A stretch of 58,433 bases of DNA, filler included, from Sphacelaria rigidula (GCA_964200075.2; 4 parts of 4 records of this genome joined end to end with filler, not necessarily neighbours in it); one strand, 5' to 3'; counted from the first letter of the whole stretch, positions 12,565 to 26,330 are shown. Translations and numbers: made by a program. Notes: a model not told the origin generated them from the sequence alone.

Positions 12565-14535
12565 TTGGCACAGGAGTCAACCGGATTCACGTGGGCAGTG
12601 GGGGTTCACTTGGTACGCGCGATTCCGCTTGGCTTCCACTATACCGCACCCAAGTGGAGCCGAGCCCCCACTGCACGTGTCTGCTACAGTTGTAGTTTGC
12701 GTGCATCCGAATGACTGAAAACATATGAGCAGATGCCCATCGCGCTCCGTCTCCCGCAGATGAGCGTATCTGCGAAAGCGATCAGAAGGGGTAGCAACCA
12801 ACTCTTCTGCTGTACTTCGCAGTACAAAAGTGCCAATCATGTACTGTATCTCGTTCGTGGTGCGCATGCCAATCTGTCACACCCGTCACGCAGTTGCATC
12901 CGCGCTTGATTTCTTGTAACATTGATCCACCCACAAGGAAAATGCGCGTTGAAGAACACAAGTACAGCGATGTCTATAATATCAACGTCTGTGCCATCAC
13001 CTGCCGTGTGGTACCGTCCTGCGCGTGCCCAAGAGATCATCATTGCGAAGATCCTAGGAGCCACGGAGAGGATTTTCTTGTGCAGCGGAAGCAACATGGG
13101 TCCGCCGTCGGTGACAGTAACTACCTCCGCACGCGCACGCCTGCCTTTCGGAACAAGAAGCAATGGCTATTGTCAATGTTCTCGCTGAAAAGGAAAGCTT
13201 GTCTTCATGAAGATGGTCTACTGCTCAGACGAAAGGTCTAATGTAGACCATGTGTTACCTGTGAAGGAACCGGTATCTTGCGACGACCGCGGGTCTGCAA
13301 CAGAATGAAAGTGTTGGAAAACAAAAATGTTTTATCGATCTTCCTCCCGGAACGGGCACCATACCGGACGGGGAAGGCGAACTGATAGCACTGTGTTGTT
13401 TGAATATTGGCAGGCTACATAATGAAGGTTATTTTCGTGCATCTAGATCTCGGCATAGGTGAGTGTAACAATACCGTAGAGTGTAGTGTGTGCCAATGAA
13501 AGACACTAAAGTACAGTAGTGCAACAGCGATGAGCTTGTACAGAAAACGGAACAGTATCTTTCACTGCTGAGGGCCGCACTGCCGCCCATCACCATGTTG
13601 AAGAATGGTGCTGCTCACGCGACAGCGACCAATATAGTTTTTTAGAGCCAAGAGTATTTCCCATCCTGCATTGGACGTGGGCTTGTGAAAGCTGTAGCTG
13701 CGCATCGATTCTTCTATTTTGGACGCCGTTTCGGACACGAAAAATCGTGTAACATTAAACGGAGTATAACACCCCCTCAGCGGATGACCGAAGTTTTTCA
13801 ACTCAGGTCTCTGGACAGCTGCGACGGCTACGCACCATGGAAAGTTAATTGTTCGAAGATAGTGTAGAGCTGTGTAAACACACCAGACCTTTCAGAAGCA
13901 TGGGGTCGGGTTTCAAGGTGTTATGCCACCGTTGTGCATTGAAACTCGGGTGAATACAGACTTGGGCAAGAAGATACTGTTGCTGTTATTGACAGTAAAG
14001 AGAATATCACTGGTCGTTGGGCATGAAAATATCTCACCAAAACCCTTCTACACTTGTTTTTTCATGTGATGCGTAGGCAGCTTGGACCGAACTGAACATG
14101 GCGGAAGTAGTAGGGCTCCCCATCATGTTATTTTGTCTTCTTTTTCCCTACTATTAATAATTGCTAGCCTCCATTCACCCCTCCCCTCAGGTACCAGGAT
14201 AGAACCCTGCGATCCTCATCGCTATGGCTGGTGATCTTGGTCCTTGAGTTTGGCTCCCTTCCTGTTTGGCTTCCCGTGCTGAGTTGACCAATGCGCCTCT
14301 AGTAGCCCGAATGATCGCGTACGGCATCGGAACTTAGGAGGCTGACAGTTTTTTTTTTCTCTTCTTTTTTTATTATTTTATTTTATTCGTTTTTGTATTT
14401 TTCTTCGTGTCACGTCTGCGTGAATTTTGGGGGTCCGATTCTTTTACCCTATCTTTGAGGTAGTTTACAAGCTGGTTCAGATTGAATACCCAAAATTTAT
14501 TCCCCGGCTAATGACGAACGTAATACCCAGCTAAT

Positions 14536-14635
14536 NNNNNNNNNNNNNNNNNNNNNNNNNNNNNNNNNNNNNNNNNNNNTTAATTAATTAANNNNNNNNN
14601 NNNNNNNNNNNNNNNNNNNNNNNNNNNNNNNNNNN
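14536..14635. other. Assembly gap with artificial TTAATTAATTAA linker (also 29171-29270 and 43804-43903; plain 10-N gap at 20871-20880)
   Basis: The identical 100-bp N44-TTAATTAATTAA-N44 structure occurs three times, and the 12-mer has stops in all six frames. Confidence 0.95.
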
Positions 14636-14703
14636 GTGGGCTGGGGGTTGGGTGGTCGATCGTGGCGGGTGGGGGGCTGGTGGGCGTTCGTGTGGGGGGG
14701 GGG

Positions 14704-14737
<34 letters not shown>

Positions 14738-14977
14738 ATCGCCTGGACTGGTGGGTGTGCCACCGCACCCTCTCTGGCTCGTGAAGCATATCACCACCAC
14801 ACCGAAGAAATAGCGTGGCCGTAAGCTTTGCTGCCGCACCCTAACTTTCACGGGGGGAAATATATGACCCATGCGCTACTTGCTGTCCTTACCCCCCTTT
14901 TTATCCATATTTGCGGTCTAAATTTTGTGCATGTAACTCCGTTTCCACTTTCCATGTGCGGGTACCCCAAACTGCAG

Positions 14978-15137
14978 CATGAACGCTCCTGTGATGATAG
15001 ACATCGAGAACGAAACGGATCCATTGAAGATCGCCATGAAGGAGCTTCGAGAAAGGAAGATTCCGATCAAGATTCGAAGATATCTACCGGACGGCAGCCA
15101 CGAAGATTGGGCGATTGAGGAGCTCATCATCGACTAA
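14978..15137 (+). CDS. RPB6: RNA polymerases I/II/III shared subunit RPB6 (RPABC2), terminal exon only
   Basis: After a ctgcag acceptor it translates as [52 protein letters not shown], the conserved RPB6 C-terminus. Upstream exons were not found and are probably in or beyond the gap at 14536-14635. Confidence 0.95.
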
Positions 15138-15357
15138 GGGCAGCAGTGCAGGAGAAAGCCTACGCGCTGCAGCTTCGCTTTTCAAGTCGTGGTTTGACAA
15201 TGTATAGTACAATAGTGAAATAGCTGTATCAGCCGTACGAGCCATCTAGTGTGGCTGGTGAACTGAGGGGCTGTGTGCAGTGGAGGGCGGCCGCGAAGAG
15301 GTCAATAAGCGTTTGCAGCAAAGGTGACGGTAGCCGGCGATTGGAAACAGCACGGGG

Positions 15358-15640
15358 AACGATGTTTCCATGAGATTGAGAGTAGCGGATACGATTGAGA
15401 GTGAAAAGTGGTCAATCAGTGCCTGAATCGTTTCAGTTCCGAAATGCCCCTCCACGAGGCCCGATGTGCTTTTTCTGTAGTAGTTTGCCACTGAGGCCCT
15501 TGACATCCCTGAGTAGGATATCGACGTGTAGCTGTAATGACACGCTAGTGATGGAGGCAAAGAAGAGAACACACGGAATAAAAAATGGCCAAGTCAAAGC
15601 GAATGACCGATGCCACTCTCCACATCACGAAAACTTTGTT
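15358..15640. mobile_element. MITE family M1 (AAC-ended TIR, 4-bp TSD GGGG)
   Basis: gggg|aacgatgtttccatgag ... cacgaaaactttgtt|gggg; collinear with 53978-54277. Confidence 0.8.
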
Positions 15641-15994
15641 GGGGGCTGTCATGCGCGTCAAATTTGACGAGGCGCTATATATATGTATAAGCTGCGCTAC
15701 GGACGATGTAGGGTGTCAGTTGCGCGCCAGGAGTTGAAATACTGTCTTTCTCTTCAGTAAGCTGGATGTGTTCTGCTTGCCGCCCTCTCCAGTGCTGCCT
15801 TTGTAAGTCAATTTGACCTTCTCGGCGCAATGCCAGCCAATAACCGCCAACTGACCTACAGAAGTTTTTTTATCCAGAAATGATACTACTCACCAAACTT
15901 ATGTGTGCGTGCTTTGTACACCTGAGCAGCCCCCAACGGGCGTGAATCTCCCGCCTATTTTTCAACGTGTGCTTCGCTCATATCCCTGAATTCG

Positions 15995-16340
15995 TCCATG
16001 CACTCCAGTGCATGGTGTACCCTATGTTGTCATCATATCTATTGTGGGCGCTTGCCTACACCTTCTGGTACTACATGTGGGCGCATCAGCTGGGGTCCCT
16101 CAAGAGGAAGATCACACCCAACACTTTTTTTTGTTGTTCTCCACTCTCATTCTGCGGCGCTTGCCTTCATTTTCATCACGAGAAGATTTCGGCAGTCCCT
16201 TTCCCTCATCGACCTCAGGGTCAGACTTCATGTACCCACGACGCTCTCCAGTTGTGGGCATGATGCGGGAAAACATCCCAGATCGTGCTGCTCCACCGAG
16301 ATTCTAACCCACGCCCCAACCGCCAGAAGGTTTCCAGCAG
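15995..16340 (-). mobile_element. tRNA-derived SINE, family 2
   Basis: The reverse complement matches 21500-21860 and 28680-29030 (aaaccttctg.cggttggg.cgtgggtt.gaat head and shared body). Confidence 0.75.
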
Positions 16341-17229
16341 AGCCCACCCAGACGACCCGCACTGTGTGGGGGTGTCAAGCTGATCGCTTTCATCGTCTCG
16401 TCAAACTGACTAAAGAAAGCTGTAGCCACTGCATACTGTCCCGACGCGCCATTTTCAGGATCCCTACGCCAAACTGCGTTGATCCCAAGCATTTTGCCTT
16501 GTCCCAAAATTTCACACACAACGAAGTACCCCCGGTTATTCCACACCAGCTAGCTGATGGTTTCTACACGTTTCGCGGGATACCGGGGCAAAATTCCAGC
16601 TGTCACTACACTCCCTTATTTCAAAATGGCAGCACATCGAATGCCGTGGAACGTTTCGAGGGCGTGTTGGGTAAGGTATTTCCCACCTCCGGGTACCTTG
16701 GAGAATCGGACTCTTGGCACCTAAAACTTGGATAGAAGAGCAGTGAAATCATGCTCAACGATATCCAGGTATTGAGTAGAGCAACGAGCAATGCGATCGT
16801 ACTCAAATCTACCCAAATATTGGGTAGAGGTTGGAGATCGGACTATCACAACATAAAATACGGGAGAGTTAGTACTCGGGTATCTCCCCTACTCAACACA
16901 CCCTTGAACGTTTCACTGTCTTCATCACGTCTTGATGGGCATCTTCGTGACCTGCAAGGCTCAGTTGACTCATGAATGTGGCCCGAGGATGTTCAATGAT
17001 AGATCGCACTACACTTTGCGTATTGTGAGTGGGTCGCTGGCCACATGTAACACGAGAACACGTGCGCGCATGCAAAAACTCTCCTCTCGCATGAAATGCA
17101 GGCACGGTACCGTAACAGGGCCTTCCTCGAACAGCAAAAGCTACACTGCTTCTTTTGAGTAGTATTATCCGCCGAACAACGCGTGCTGTAGGCCTAGCAT
17201 GTTGCCGGAGATGCCCATGATCCCAAACG

Positions 17230-20200
17230 CTACACGTATGTCTCTTGGAGGGCGTCGTCGTCAATCTCTTCGAAATCGATGGCCGGTTCTTGACCTGTTT
17301 GACTCATGATTGCGATCCTCAACTGCGTCGACAAGGCGGGGAACACAGCGGCAACGTGGTAGCGACGGCGATCACCTCATTCAGTGAATGAGATGCTTTG
17401 AAATCCATATTTTTCACCAATCGGGACGGGTCAACAGAAATAAAAAAAGGATACATGTTGCGCTTACCCAAAGTTCACGCTGCACATCACCGAGGGCGTT
17501 GTTCAATGGCACAAGCAATGCGAGTTCAATCACCGCACTGCTACTCGCAGCCACGATTGCTCAGACCCCACGACAGTACGTGCAACCGTGCGTCATTTTG
17601 CTGTAGTGACACTCAATACGCAGAAGCCCCTCCTCAGTATCGACCAGACGAGGATTTTCGTAGTGTGGGCTCAACATTGAGGTACATACAGACATCCAAT
17701 GGCTTTCCCCCATTCTCATACCCGGCGGGAAACTAACTGGAGAACGGGCGAGGGGTGAGAAAGAACAGAAAGTGGACAGGCCTTCATGCATCGTTACATG
17801 CAAACAGTTTGTTCCACCCATCGTCGAAGAGGTATTCCAACGAAAGAGATTGAGGAAGAAACGATAAATCATATCATGAAACACCAACACACAAGACCTG
17901 GCTGTAGACAACTCGGTGGCATCTATCCTCAAAACTTCTCAAGTGTAAAGCTCTACGCACGTATTTCACTGGGGACACTTTACGATACCCCCCCAAAAAA
18001 ATCAGCCAGAATGATGGAGGTGTCCTTATCAGGAGTAGGAACGGTGCTCCGTCTCGAAAGGGATGCGTGGTCAATGGTCAAACTACTGTACTGAGGCAAG
18101 CAACAAATGAGTACGCCCCCCCACCCCCCCCCCCACCCCTAAACTGTGACGACGGAAGTGGTCATACAGCACCTGATGTTTGGTTTCAGGCTGCATGAAG
18201 CGCTTCATTTGCGCGACACAGGCGAGGACGAACCTAAGCGTTAGAATTCTCAGCTGCTCGTTGTGCCCGGCTTTTTTCATTTCGATTCACGTGTAGATTG
18301 TTCTCCTCAAACCATCCACTTTTTGTGGGAAGGTTATCGTAGGAAGTGTCTGGGGCTAATTGCTACAGTACTGCTCTAGATCCCCTACGGACTGCTTCAC
18401 TTTCCCGTCCAACGTCGAGAAAGTTGCAAGTATCGCTGCTAATGACCATGACCACACAAATGCCGCCCGCGAAATACTGTAAGCTGTTTCACGCCATGGC
18501 GTGCTCGCAGCTGAACAAGGCCTCACCTTTCGCTCCATATCCTTGTCCACTTTCAAGTCCTGACGGGTGACTTTGTGCGCACACCCTGCTACTGGGCACT
18601 TGGCGTTGCCTTTTTCAATTTTGAGGTGTTGATGGATGGCAGATTCTTCGAACGTGTGGTTACATTTCTGAGAGGAAGAGCGGACAAGCAGCACAGTTTT
18701 TTCTAAATTAAATCGATTGCATCCAAAAACGAAAAAAAACAAAACATGCGATTGGCGTAGAACCATGAACTCGGCTGGGCATTAGCCGTGCAACATAATC
18801 AACCTCCGCCAACGAGGAGGATGTTGAGAAATGGCAAATCTATTTCTCTTGTTAAGGTCACGAATGCAACGTTTGTAACGGCTGCGTAGGGAAACATTTA
18901 ATTGGCGCGTTGAACACTTGCACCATCACCATCACAGAACGGATCAGCTGGATAATCGGAAGCTCTCGCAGTAAGGTGCACATAGCAGCAGAGAGACAAG
19001 GCAACGTAAAAAGGGTAGGTACGGACGGAGCGAGACCGTCCAATGGGAGAAGAGGTTAAAGAATATCCACAGCAACGGCATGTTGTATGACGGTACCAAC
19101 ACGGAGGTTCCTTTCAGCTCGAGCTTGAGCCAGGAAAGCCGACCAGGGCGAGGGAGGGGTATGCTGACAGTACTCTTGGACGACACTACCAGTGAAATAA
19201 CCGGCGACAAGACAATTCTCACTTACCGTTGATTTGACCGGCTTCTTGAACTGAGCGTTGGTGAGCGGGCAGATCAAGTTGGTTTCATTGTTGACAACAA
19301 AGAGGTCTTCGTCGTCCCCGCCCACGACCTACGATATCCAAGCAGATAAATGTAACGGAGATGGCGGGAAATCGTGCAGCTTAAGGTTACAGCGTACAAA
19401 GGGCACGGGAAAGCCCTGCCGAGTAGTTTTTGTGTGTTGGAGACGGACCAAGCTCAGAAATGTTTCATGATGAGTCCTGTCGCGTAGAGGACGTCACGGG
19501 GTGGGGTCGAGATTTGGTGAGTGCTGGAGGCGACACGACATGAACATTACATCCAAGCTTCCGTCTACTGTGCGCAGATACATAATCGAAGGTCACCCGC
19601 AAACACCACGTGACTCGGGAATCTGTTGCACGACGCGGCTGATGCCCTAAACAGGGCGATAAGCGTGTCAAATTCGTGCGGTGTTGCGGTTGATTCCTTT
19701 AGGGGCAAGGTGCCAAGATACAGCGACAAACGACGGTCTATCCGGGCATGACCGGGACCAGATGGCTGCATTGATAACGAAGCGAACAGCAGCGCGTGCA
19801 AGATGTGAACTGGACACAACATAGTCTGCGCAACCCGCACAAAGCAGCCCACCCAGGGCTCACCTTGAATTTTTTCACCACTTGCTTGTACGTTTCAGAC
19901 TCGAGCGCCTTGTTCTCCGCGCCTTGCATGGCCTTCTTCACCTGCATCAAAATCTGTGTCGCGTAATCCTTCAGATCCGCCTTTTGTTTAAACACGCCAC
20001 GCAGTGAAAATCAAGCAGCCGCGCAGAAGAACACTTCGTGAGACCGCTGAAAAGTGCAGCGGCACCTGACATTGTTGCCGTGCCAAGCACCGAAACCATT
20101 TCGGGGAGTTTTAAATCGCCGCGCCCCGACGGTCGAAGGGGAACTTCTACGGTTGGTTAAGGCAGATTCTTGCGGGTTCCAGGCCTCGACATCCATGTGT

Positions 20201-21096
20201 TTTTTTTGGGCTCGGTCGTCCGTGCGCGTGAGGACGTACGTAAGTAACCGCGAATAACAAAAAAAAAGTGATCCAATGTTGGATAATAAATAGTCGGCCA
20301 TGTACTGGGGGGAGCGGAATTCATCCCTTGAGGCTGCGAAATCGCCCTGGGAAAGGGTAACGGGTTGAAGTTTGACACATATTTTTTTGTGAAAAAAACT
20401 CGAAGGCTCGAGGGGAAAAATACAATTTTGTCACCATTCGTCGCCGGAGAGGACAACATGAGACAGCGGGAAAAACGTCGTCCGGAAATCCGCCAAACCA
20501 CACCCAATATCGAAGATGATATCTGCCGAACCGGCTTGACCAGGGAAATCTCCGCGGTAGACACTGCCATATCGTGTGCATGCCGCTGTACAGTCTACGC
20601 TCACCCGCGGAAAAATGAAGCTATCACTTTCTTGAGTCATGGACAGGAACGGAATTCTATAAAAAGAGGTGTACCACACACCACGTGCAAAACAGCTCGA
20701 TAACGACAGTATAGGTCGCTGTTGTGTAGCTAGGAGTCTGGCCCTACCACGGCACCACGATCGGTATGTACGTGTGTGGTCGGGGGGGGGGGGGGGGGGG
20801 TTGGCGCGCACGCCCTTTGGGGTATATTGGTGTATGTTTATCCCGAACCTGTTTTCCCGCGCGGCTCACCNNNNNNNNNNTGATACTGCGCCCCCCCCCG
20901 CCGTGGGCGCCGTGGGGGGGGGGGGTGTGTGGCGGGGGGGGGGTCCTTTTTTGGATTCGCGCTCAAGCCCTTCGTTGTATATTGCTGTATCGTTATCCCG
21001 CACCTCGTCTTCCGCGTCGTCTACCCTACTCCTCCTCGTCCGCTCTGCTTCTACTTGGTTCGTCAGCGAGCTCATAGCCTTGGCAACTGCTGCCAC
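17230..21096 (-). CDS. NSE2: E3 SUMO ligase NSE2/MMS21 (SMC5/6 subunit, SP-RING domain); 5' exons uncertain
   Basis: Exons 21096-~20870 (interrupted by a gap), 19980-19864, 19328-19227, 18667-18527 and 17322-17230; the four gap-free exons are phase 0 with GT-AG sites. They give DDEDLFVV..NLICPLTNAQFKKPVKSTKCNHTFEESAI..KCPVAGC..DLKVDKDMERK plus an acidic tail, the SP-RING/zf-Nse signature. Confidence 0.88.
17974..18350. mobile_element. MITE family M2 (GACAC-ended TIR, 4-bp TSD TGGG) carrying a family B insertion
   Basis: tggg|gacactttacgata ... tatcgtaggaagtgtc|tggg; the interior matches 43020-43180. It lies in the last NSE2 intron. Confidence 0.82.
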
Positions 21097-21499
21097 CTGT
21101 AAAAAGGAGACAAAAAAATACAGATCAAATCAGAATATCAGTCCCAGTGGCCATCACGTCCCCAAACAGTCAAATGACGCCACTCTAACAACTTCTAACA
21201 ACGGCGCCGACCAACTGCTTAGCCTTCCGGCCGTGTTCTATCATGATCAAAAAGGATTTTCACCTTCATCTCGAGAACGGCATCTGTTCTGGCCAATCGC
21301 TCCACGTGCTCTGCCAGCTTTCTGTGCACGGCGTCGTCTAAGGGACTGCTTCGACATGAACAGGCAACAGCGGTGTGACGCGACGGCAAGGGTCAGAGAA
21401 CGAAATAAGAAAGGGGCAGCGTACAAGCCATGTTTGCTTCGTCACGCATCTACCGCTATGCGGTTTCCGAAGTTGTTTTGCATTTATTGTTCTCAATCA

Positions 21500-21860
21500 A
21501 GTGGGTCGTCGGTTGGTAACGTCCAAACCTTCTGACGGTTGGGTCGTGGGTTCGAATGTCAGTGCAGTCACACGATCTGGGATTTTCTTCTACACCATGC
21601 CCAACAGTGGAGAGCGACTATGTCGTAGGTACACAAAAGTCGACTTCACGATCGACGAGGGAAAAGGACCGCTGAATCCCTCTTGCGATAAAAAAATTAA
21701 GTCAAGCACCGTAGAAGAGAGGTGGAGTACCAAAACAAAACGAAAACGAAAAAGCTGATGTGTTGGTCTTTCTCCTTCGTGACCCCGGCTGATGCGCCCA
21801 CATATACAGAAAGGTGTAGACACGGCGTCCAGAATAGATGGGATGACAACACGCACGCCA
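21500..21860 (+). mobile_element. tRNA-derived SINE, family 2
   Basis: A-box-like ggttggtaa, B-box ggttcgaat, and a body containing cacaaaagtcgactt..tcgacgagggaaa. Confidence 0.75.
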
Positions 21861-22449
21861 TCGAGTGCTTTCGAACATCGAGCTCAACATGAGGCGCAGA
21901 ACTCGCCATCGAGACAGAGTGCAGAGGTTACAGCTCCAAGTACACGGATGGGAGCATTCACTTGGTATGTGGTCGAGCACTGCGACTCCGTGAAAACTAG
22001 CGGGCGGATTGCACCCGCACAGGCGTTCGCGGTCATAAGGCGTGCAATGGTGAAGTTCACGTGGTGACGTACACCTGAGGCCCTACGGTACATGAACCAA
22101 CCTATAACCCCGGCCCTGCCGTCACGCTCTCGCCGCCACCATTGCTATCGTGGGTGTCTGCGGTCGCGTGTTGTGGTTGCTTCTCGTCTACAAAATTCAA
22201 TTTTTTCGTCAATCACTCAGTAGCCGCTGCCGCATGCAATGACAGTGCCGAACCACATTGTTGTTACAACCGCCTGTTTGCGGTAAGCTCCATTCAATTG
22301 GAATTTGACTTGCTGTGAATTTCGAAAGCAGAAGAACACGGTGAGGGTAGTAACCAGAAGAGCGATGCGGTTTCCGACCTGGCCGGTCCACAGTCGACAT
22401 GGTGTTCGTTGTGCGTGGACTCCAAGAATTTGCCAGAGAGAAGAATCTT

Positions 22450-24260
22450 CCTCTTCACATGTGCTTCATCGACCTCCAGGATGCATATGACTCAGTGGAC
22501 TGTTCTATTCCCTGAAAACTTCTAGCATGCTACGGTATTACCGCCAAGGTGATTTCCATCATCCACCAATTCCGACGGCATGCGGGCACGCGTGCGCCTT
22601 GACAGCGGCGATATATCTAAGTGGTTTAACGCTAATCAGGGCCTCCGCCAAGGCTGTGCGCTTTTCCCCAGTCTGTTGAACACCTCTTTCACGGCGGTGC
22701 TGACGGTGACGTTCGACCGCTTCTACATCAATAAAGTGGTGGCGCAGGACTTCACCCGCATCGCTGAAAGAGGCGGGAAGACCAGGGACCAACTCAGCAA
22801 AGTGCTCTGGGCCATGCCATACGCCGACGACGCTGGCATCGCCTCGCGGTCCCAAGTAAGCCTGCCAAAGATGATGGGGGCCGTCATCGAAGTATGTGCG
22901 GCATTCGGCCTCGTCGTGGCGGAAAAGATGGTCAACATGCACATGCACTCCCCGAGCATGCAGGAGGATACGGTCGAGGTGGGGTCAGCTGGCCAAAGAT
23001 ACAAGCGAGTTGAGTCGTTCCTCTACTTTGGCGGAATATCAGTAGCATTGGCGATGTCACTCCTGAGACCCACAGCCGCATTGGCCAAGCCCGAACATAG
23101 TTCTAAAAGTACAGTAGAGTGGAATACGACAACCCGCACATCGTCCAGGCCACCAAGGTTCGTCTCCTGAATACTGAAGTGATCGAGGTAATGCTGTACA
23201 GCTGCGTGACCTGGACGACCGCACACGACAATTTCGGCGCGTTACGGGAGGCCCATCGGGAATTCCTGCTGACGTGCCTCAATAAGCATACCTCAAGCCG
23301 CAGCGCCCCTGACTACCATGTGCTGCCATACCATGAGGTCCTGGAAAGAACTAGCTGTGAGTGCATTGATGCCACCGTGATGACACGAACCCTCCGACAC
23401 GCCGGCCGCGTTGTGCGCATGCGCGATGAACGCCTCCACAACACCGTCATGCGTGGAGCGATGGTTGGAGGAAAGTCGAAGGCAGGCCGACCAGCAAGAC
23501 GCTTACAATACAATGTCACGGAATACTGCTCCGACTTCGGAATAAACGCGACATCGTGGATGAAGGTTGCCCAAGGTGTGTCCGAATGGCCCCGAGTCTT
23601 TGAGGAGGGGGCTGACATGTACATGGCAGCCTGGACCAAAGCACGCCATGCTAAGGAATTGTTTGATGTGCTACCACTTGAGCTCCTCCAGTGCGTACCG
23701 AGGACCTCCGGAAAAAAACCAGTAGTACATCGGGTAGTACACTCGCTAGTGCATCTGCCGTATTTTCCGAACAGCTGTGGTAGTTGTCCATGAGGGTGCC
23801 TGGGGTTGTTCTTCAGTTGACCCGCGCTTGGTGGCCATGCTAATGTCCTTGTGTCATCTGTCTTTTGTTGTCTCTCCTTTTCTTCCCCTTTCCTTCTGGT
23901 GTGCTTCTTTACTAGATCTGAAGGGGTTTCATTATTATTGAAGGGGTTTTATTCCACTCCATCCCGTCGAACTCGGGGAAGCTACTTCTCATGTTTTCTT
24001 GGCGTATCTCTTCTTATTTTCATTTTGGTAATATTTTGATTGTTTTTTTTTGTTTTTGTAATCGGTCTGGAGTCTAAAAAAAATGTCCAGGACTATGTGT
24101 CTTGTAAGGAATAGCAGGGACGGTATCGGGAAGACGAGCCTACGTCTGTAACCACGGTATCCGAGAGATCGGACTGATGTGCGGAAATAATGATAATAAG
24201 AAGATGAAGATGAAAGAGAAGAAGGAGAAGAAAAAGAAGAACAATAATCATAAATCATCA
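22450..24260 (+). mobile_element. 5'-truncated, frameshifted non-LTR retrotransposon (RTE-like LINE): RT region, 3' UTR and microsatellite tail
   Basis: Translates as CFIDLQDAYDSVD, WFNANQGLRQGCALFPSLLN, YADD, FLYFGG and MLYSCVTWT. It ends in a conserved 3' motif (gtaaggaatag..acgtctgt..aaataat) followed by a taa/gaa-rich tail. Confidence 0.9.
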
Positions 24261-24299
24261 TAGGTGAAGAGGATAATAACGGACCGCCGCAAAGTCAGT

Positions 24300-24760
24300 G
24301 CTCATGACGTCGATTTCTCGCTCACTCTTCTCTGTTCTCTCTTTCTTTCCCCATCTCTCCTTCTCCTTGCGTGTGCTCTTTCTTCCGGGTGTGTGCAAGT
24401 CGCAGTTTGGTGCCTCGATTCCGTAGGGGTCATGGGTGGGAGTTTATTGTATACCCAGAATAGTCGCGATCTATCTCCACGACTCTTTATTTTTTCTCGA
24501 TGGGTGTGAATGCGGGTGCTGTTGCGCAAGACCTTGTCCACCTGATTCCCTGTTGCAGAGACCGGTCATCTCTAGTTATTCTGTTTTCTCTCTGTTCTAT
24601 TTTGTTTCTTCTTGTTTTTTCAGTCTACTCTGTGTCTCTTCCACCTCTCTTTTTTCACTTCCTTCAGCGAGTGTCTCGCTTCATCTCGGATACGTCCACC
24701 ACGCGAAGACGGCTCGATCCCTGGAGAATCAGTTAATACGCGGAAAACAAGTCAAGTATT
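24300..24760 (+). mobile_element. LINE-type 3' UTR fragment, related to 55860-56190
   Basis: Shares tgcaagtcgcagt.tggtgcctcg.ttccgtaggg.tcatg and tgttgcagag.ccgg.cat with the sequence downstream of the LINE at 52660-55860. Confidence 0.6.
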
Positions 24761-24811
24761 CAACCATTGTCTTGCCACACGACGTTCTTGGTTGTGGGTA
24801 AAGTGCGGTAT

Positions 24812-24933
24812 TATTGACTATTGACTATTAACTATTATTATCATTATCATTATTATTATTTATTATTATTACTATTATTATCATTGTTATTGTTATTGTT
24901 CTTATTCTTATTCTTATTATTATCATCATCATC
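24812..24933. repeat. Degenerate (TTA/TCA)n microsatellite
   Basis: Directly visible; it adjoins the SINE poly(A) tail. Confidence 0.9.
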
Positions 24934-25260
24934 ATTTTTTTTTTTTTTCATTTTTTATCTGTCGCACTTTGAACCTCCCCCTTCTTAGGGACGAGTCCGT
25001 GGTCCCAAGGGATCAACCTATCTCTATCTCTGTCAGGTACACGCCTTGCATTTTGATCCCCCGTGAATTGGGTCAGCACTCCCGCACCGCGTCAACTCTC
25101 ATCAAACAAACTCAGTCAATTTTTTTTTGTTTACTCGCGTACTCACGCTTTCGACGGTGGAAACCAGACAATTCGAAGGAAAAACCCAATATATCGGGAA
25201 TCGAACCCGCGTTCCTGCCACCCTGATGGTGACAGTCAGACCCTAACACCACCGGGGCGC
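24934..25260 (-). mobile_element. tRNA-derived SINE, family 1, with poly(A) tail
   Basis: The reverse strand reads gccccggtggtgttaggg..gggttcgattccc.., with a body matching 2860-3170. It ends in an A-run adjoining a tta/tca microsatellite. Confidence 0.82.
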
Positions 25261-26330
25261 CATTACACATGAAAAAATGTACACAAAATGCTTCAGCGAA
25301 TCTTGTGCGAGAGAATTAAACGTAGACTCCCTCCGTCGTAGGGCTACGCATCACAACTAGTGAATAAGTCGTCCTTGATCACCTGTCGTTCTCCATTCCA
25401 AGCATATCGGCCAAGTCACTAGTTTCTTGGCGGACGTCCTCCGCAAGACTCTGGCACTTGGTTGCCAGCCGACTTGAGTCTCCCTTCGCGGTGGTTTTTG
25501 CAGAAATCATGCTGCTTCCCCGCGCTGCCGTTCACTCGTCGTTCCTTTCCCTCCGCTTTCTTCACTACCGCACCGTGCTGAATGGCTCGCTGAACCGCCG
25601 GACAGACGAAAAGAAACAGCGGAGTGTTGTGCACTGCGACCAACATGTAGAATAGTGTTGCCGAGTTGCACGCGCAGTTTCAAAGTATGTCTCTGGTCGG
25701 TTGTTTCACCTTTGGACCGCCAGCATGGGTCATGTGAGTCGTATTATGATAATGTTATTCAAGTGAACATTAGAGAGTTTCGGAAAACGCTTTTTTTGTC
25801 TTTTCAGTGTGCAAATAGCTCAGGATCAGAGAGTACCGAAAAATTATATCCCCCTCCGTCCACTGTGGTATTCCCTCAAGTTTTTTACGATGAGATGTTT
25901 GTTTTTATTTTGCACTCTGATCCCGAGATTTTTGCACTCTGAAATGACAAAAAAGCCTTTGCCGAAACTCTCTATTATGTCAATTCAAGAGATGACCCTT
26001 CTTGCTTCAGGGGTTATATAACTCCATGGGCGCAAGATCGATTTTCGGAACAATTTTACGGACTGATCTCCAACACCTACAATAAACGCGTTGCCGGCAC
26101 TATAGCCGACCAGCTCCCCTCCGGATGCAAGCACAATAACCCATGACAACACAACGTGTATTCCGTGGTGTTCAACTCGTGGCTCATGAACAAGAGGAGT
26201 GTTAACCTGGAACATGTAGTCGTCTCACTTGTCTTTCACACTTTCCAAGTGATTGACTCTGGTGTCGAAGGGATCAACGCTTCCGCACATGGCGTTCCGC
26301 CCGCTGTCGGTGATTTTGCACTCTCTTAGA

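Noticed and set aside
14580-14591. Recurrent palindromic TTAATTAATTAA motif
   Set aside because: It is always centred in an identical N-run, so it is an assembly linker rather than biology.
25384-25511. Candidate NSE2 first exon (MISAKTTAKGDSSRLATKCQSLAEDVRQ..)
   Set aside because: It is plausible, but its phase-2 donor does not match the phase-0 acceptor at 21096 and there is no homology support, so it was left out of the model.
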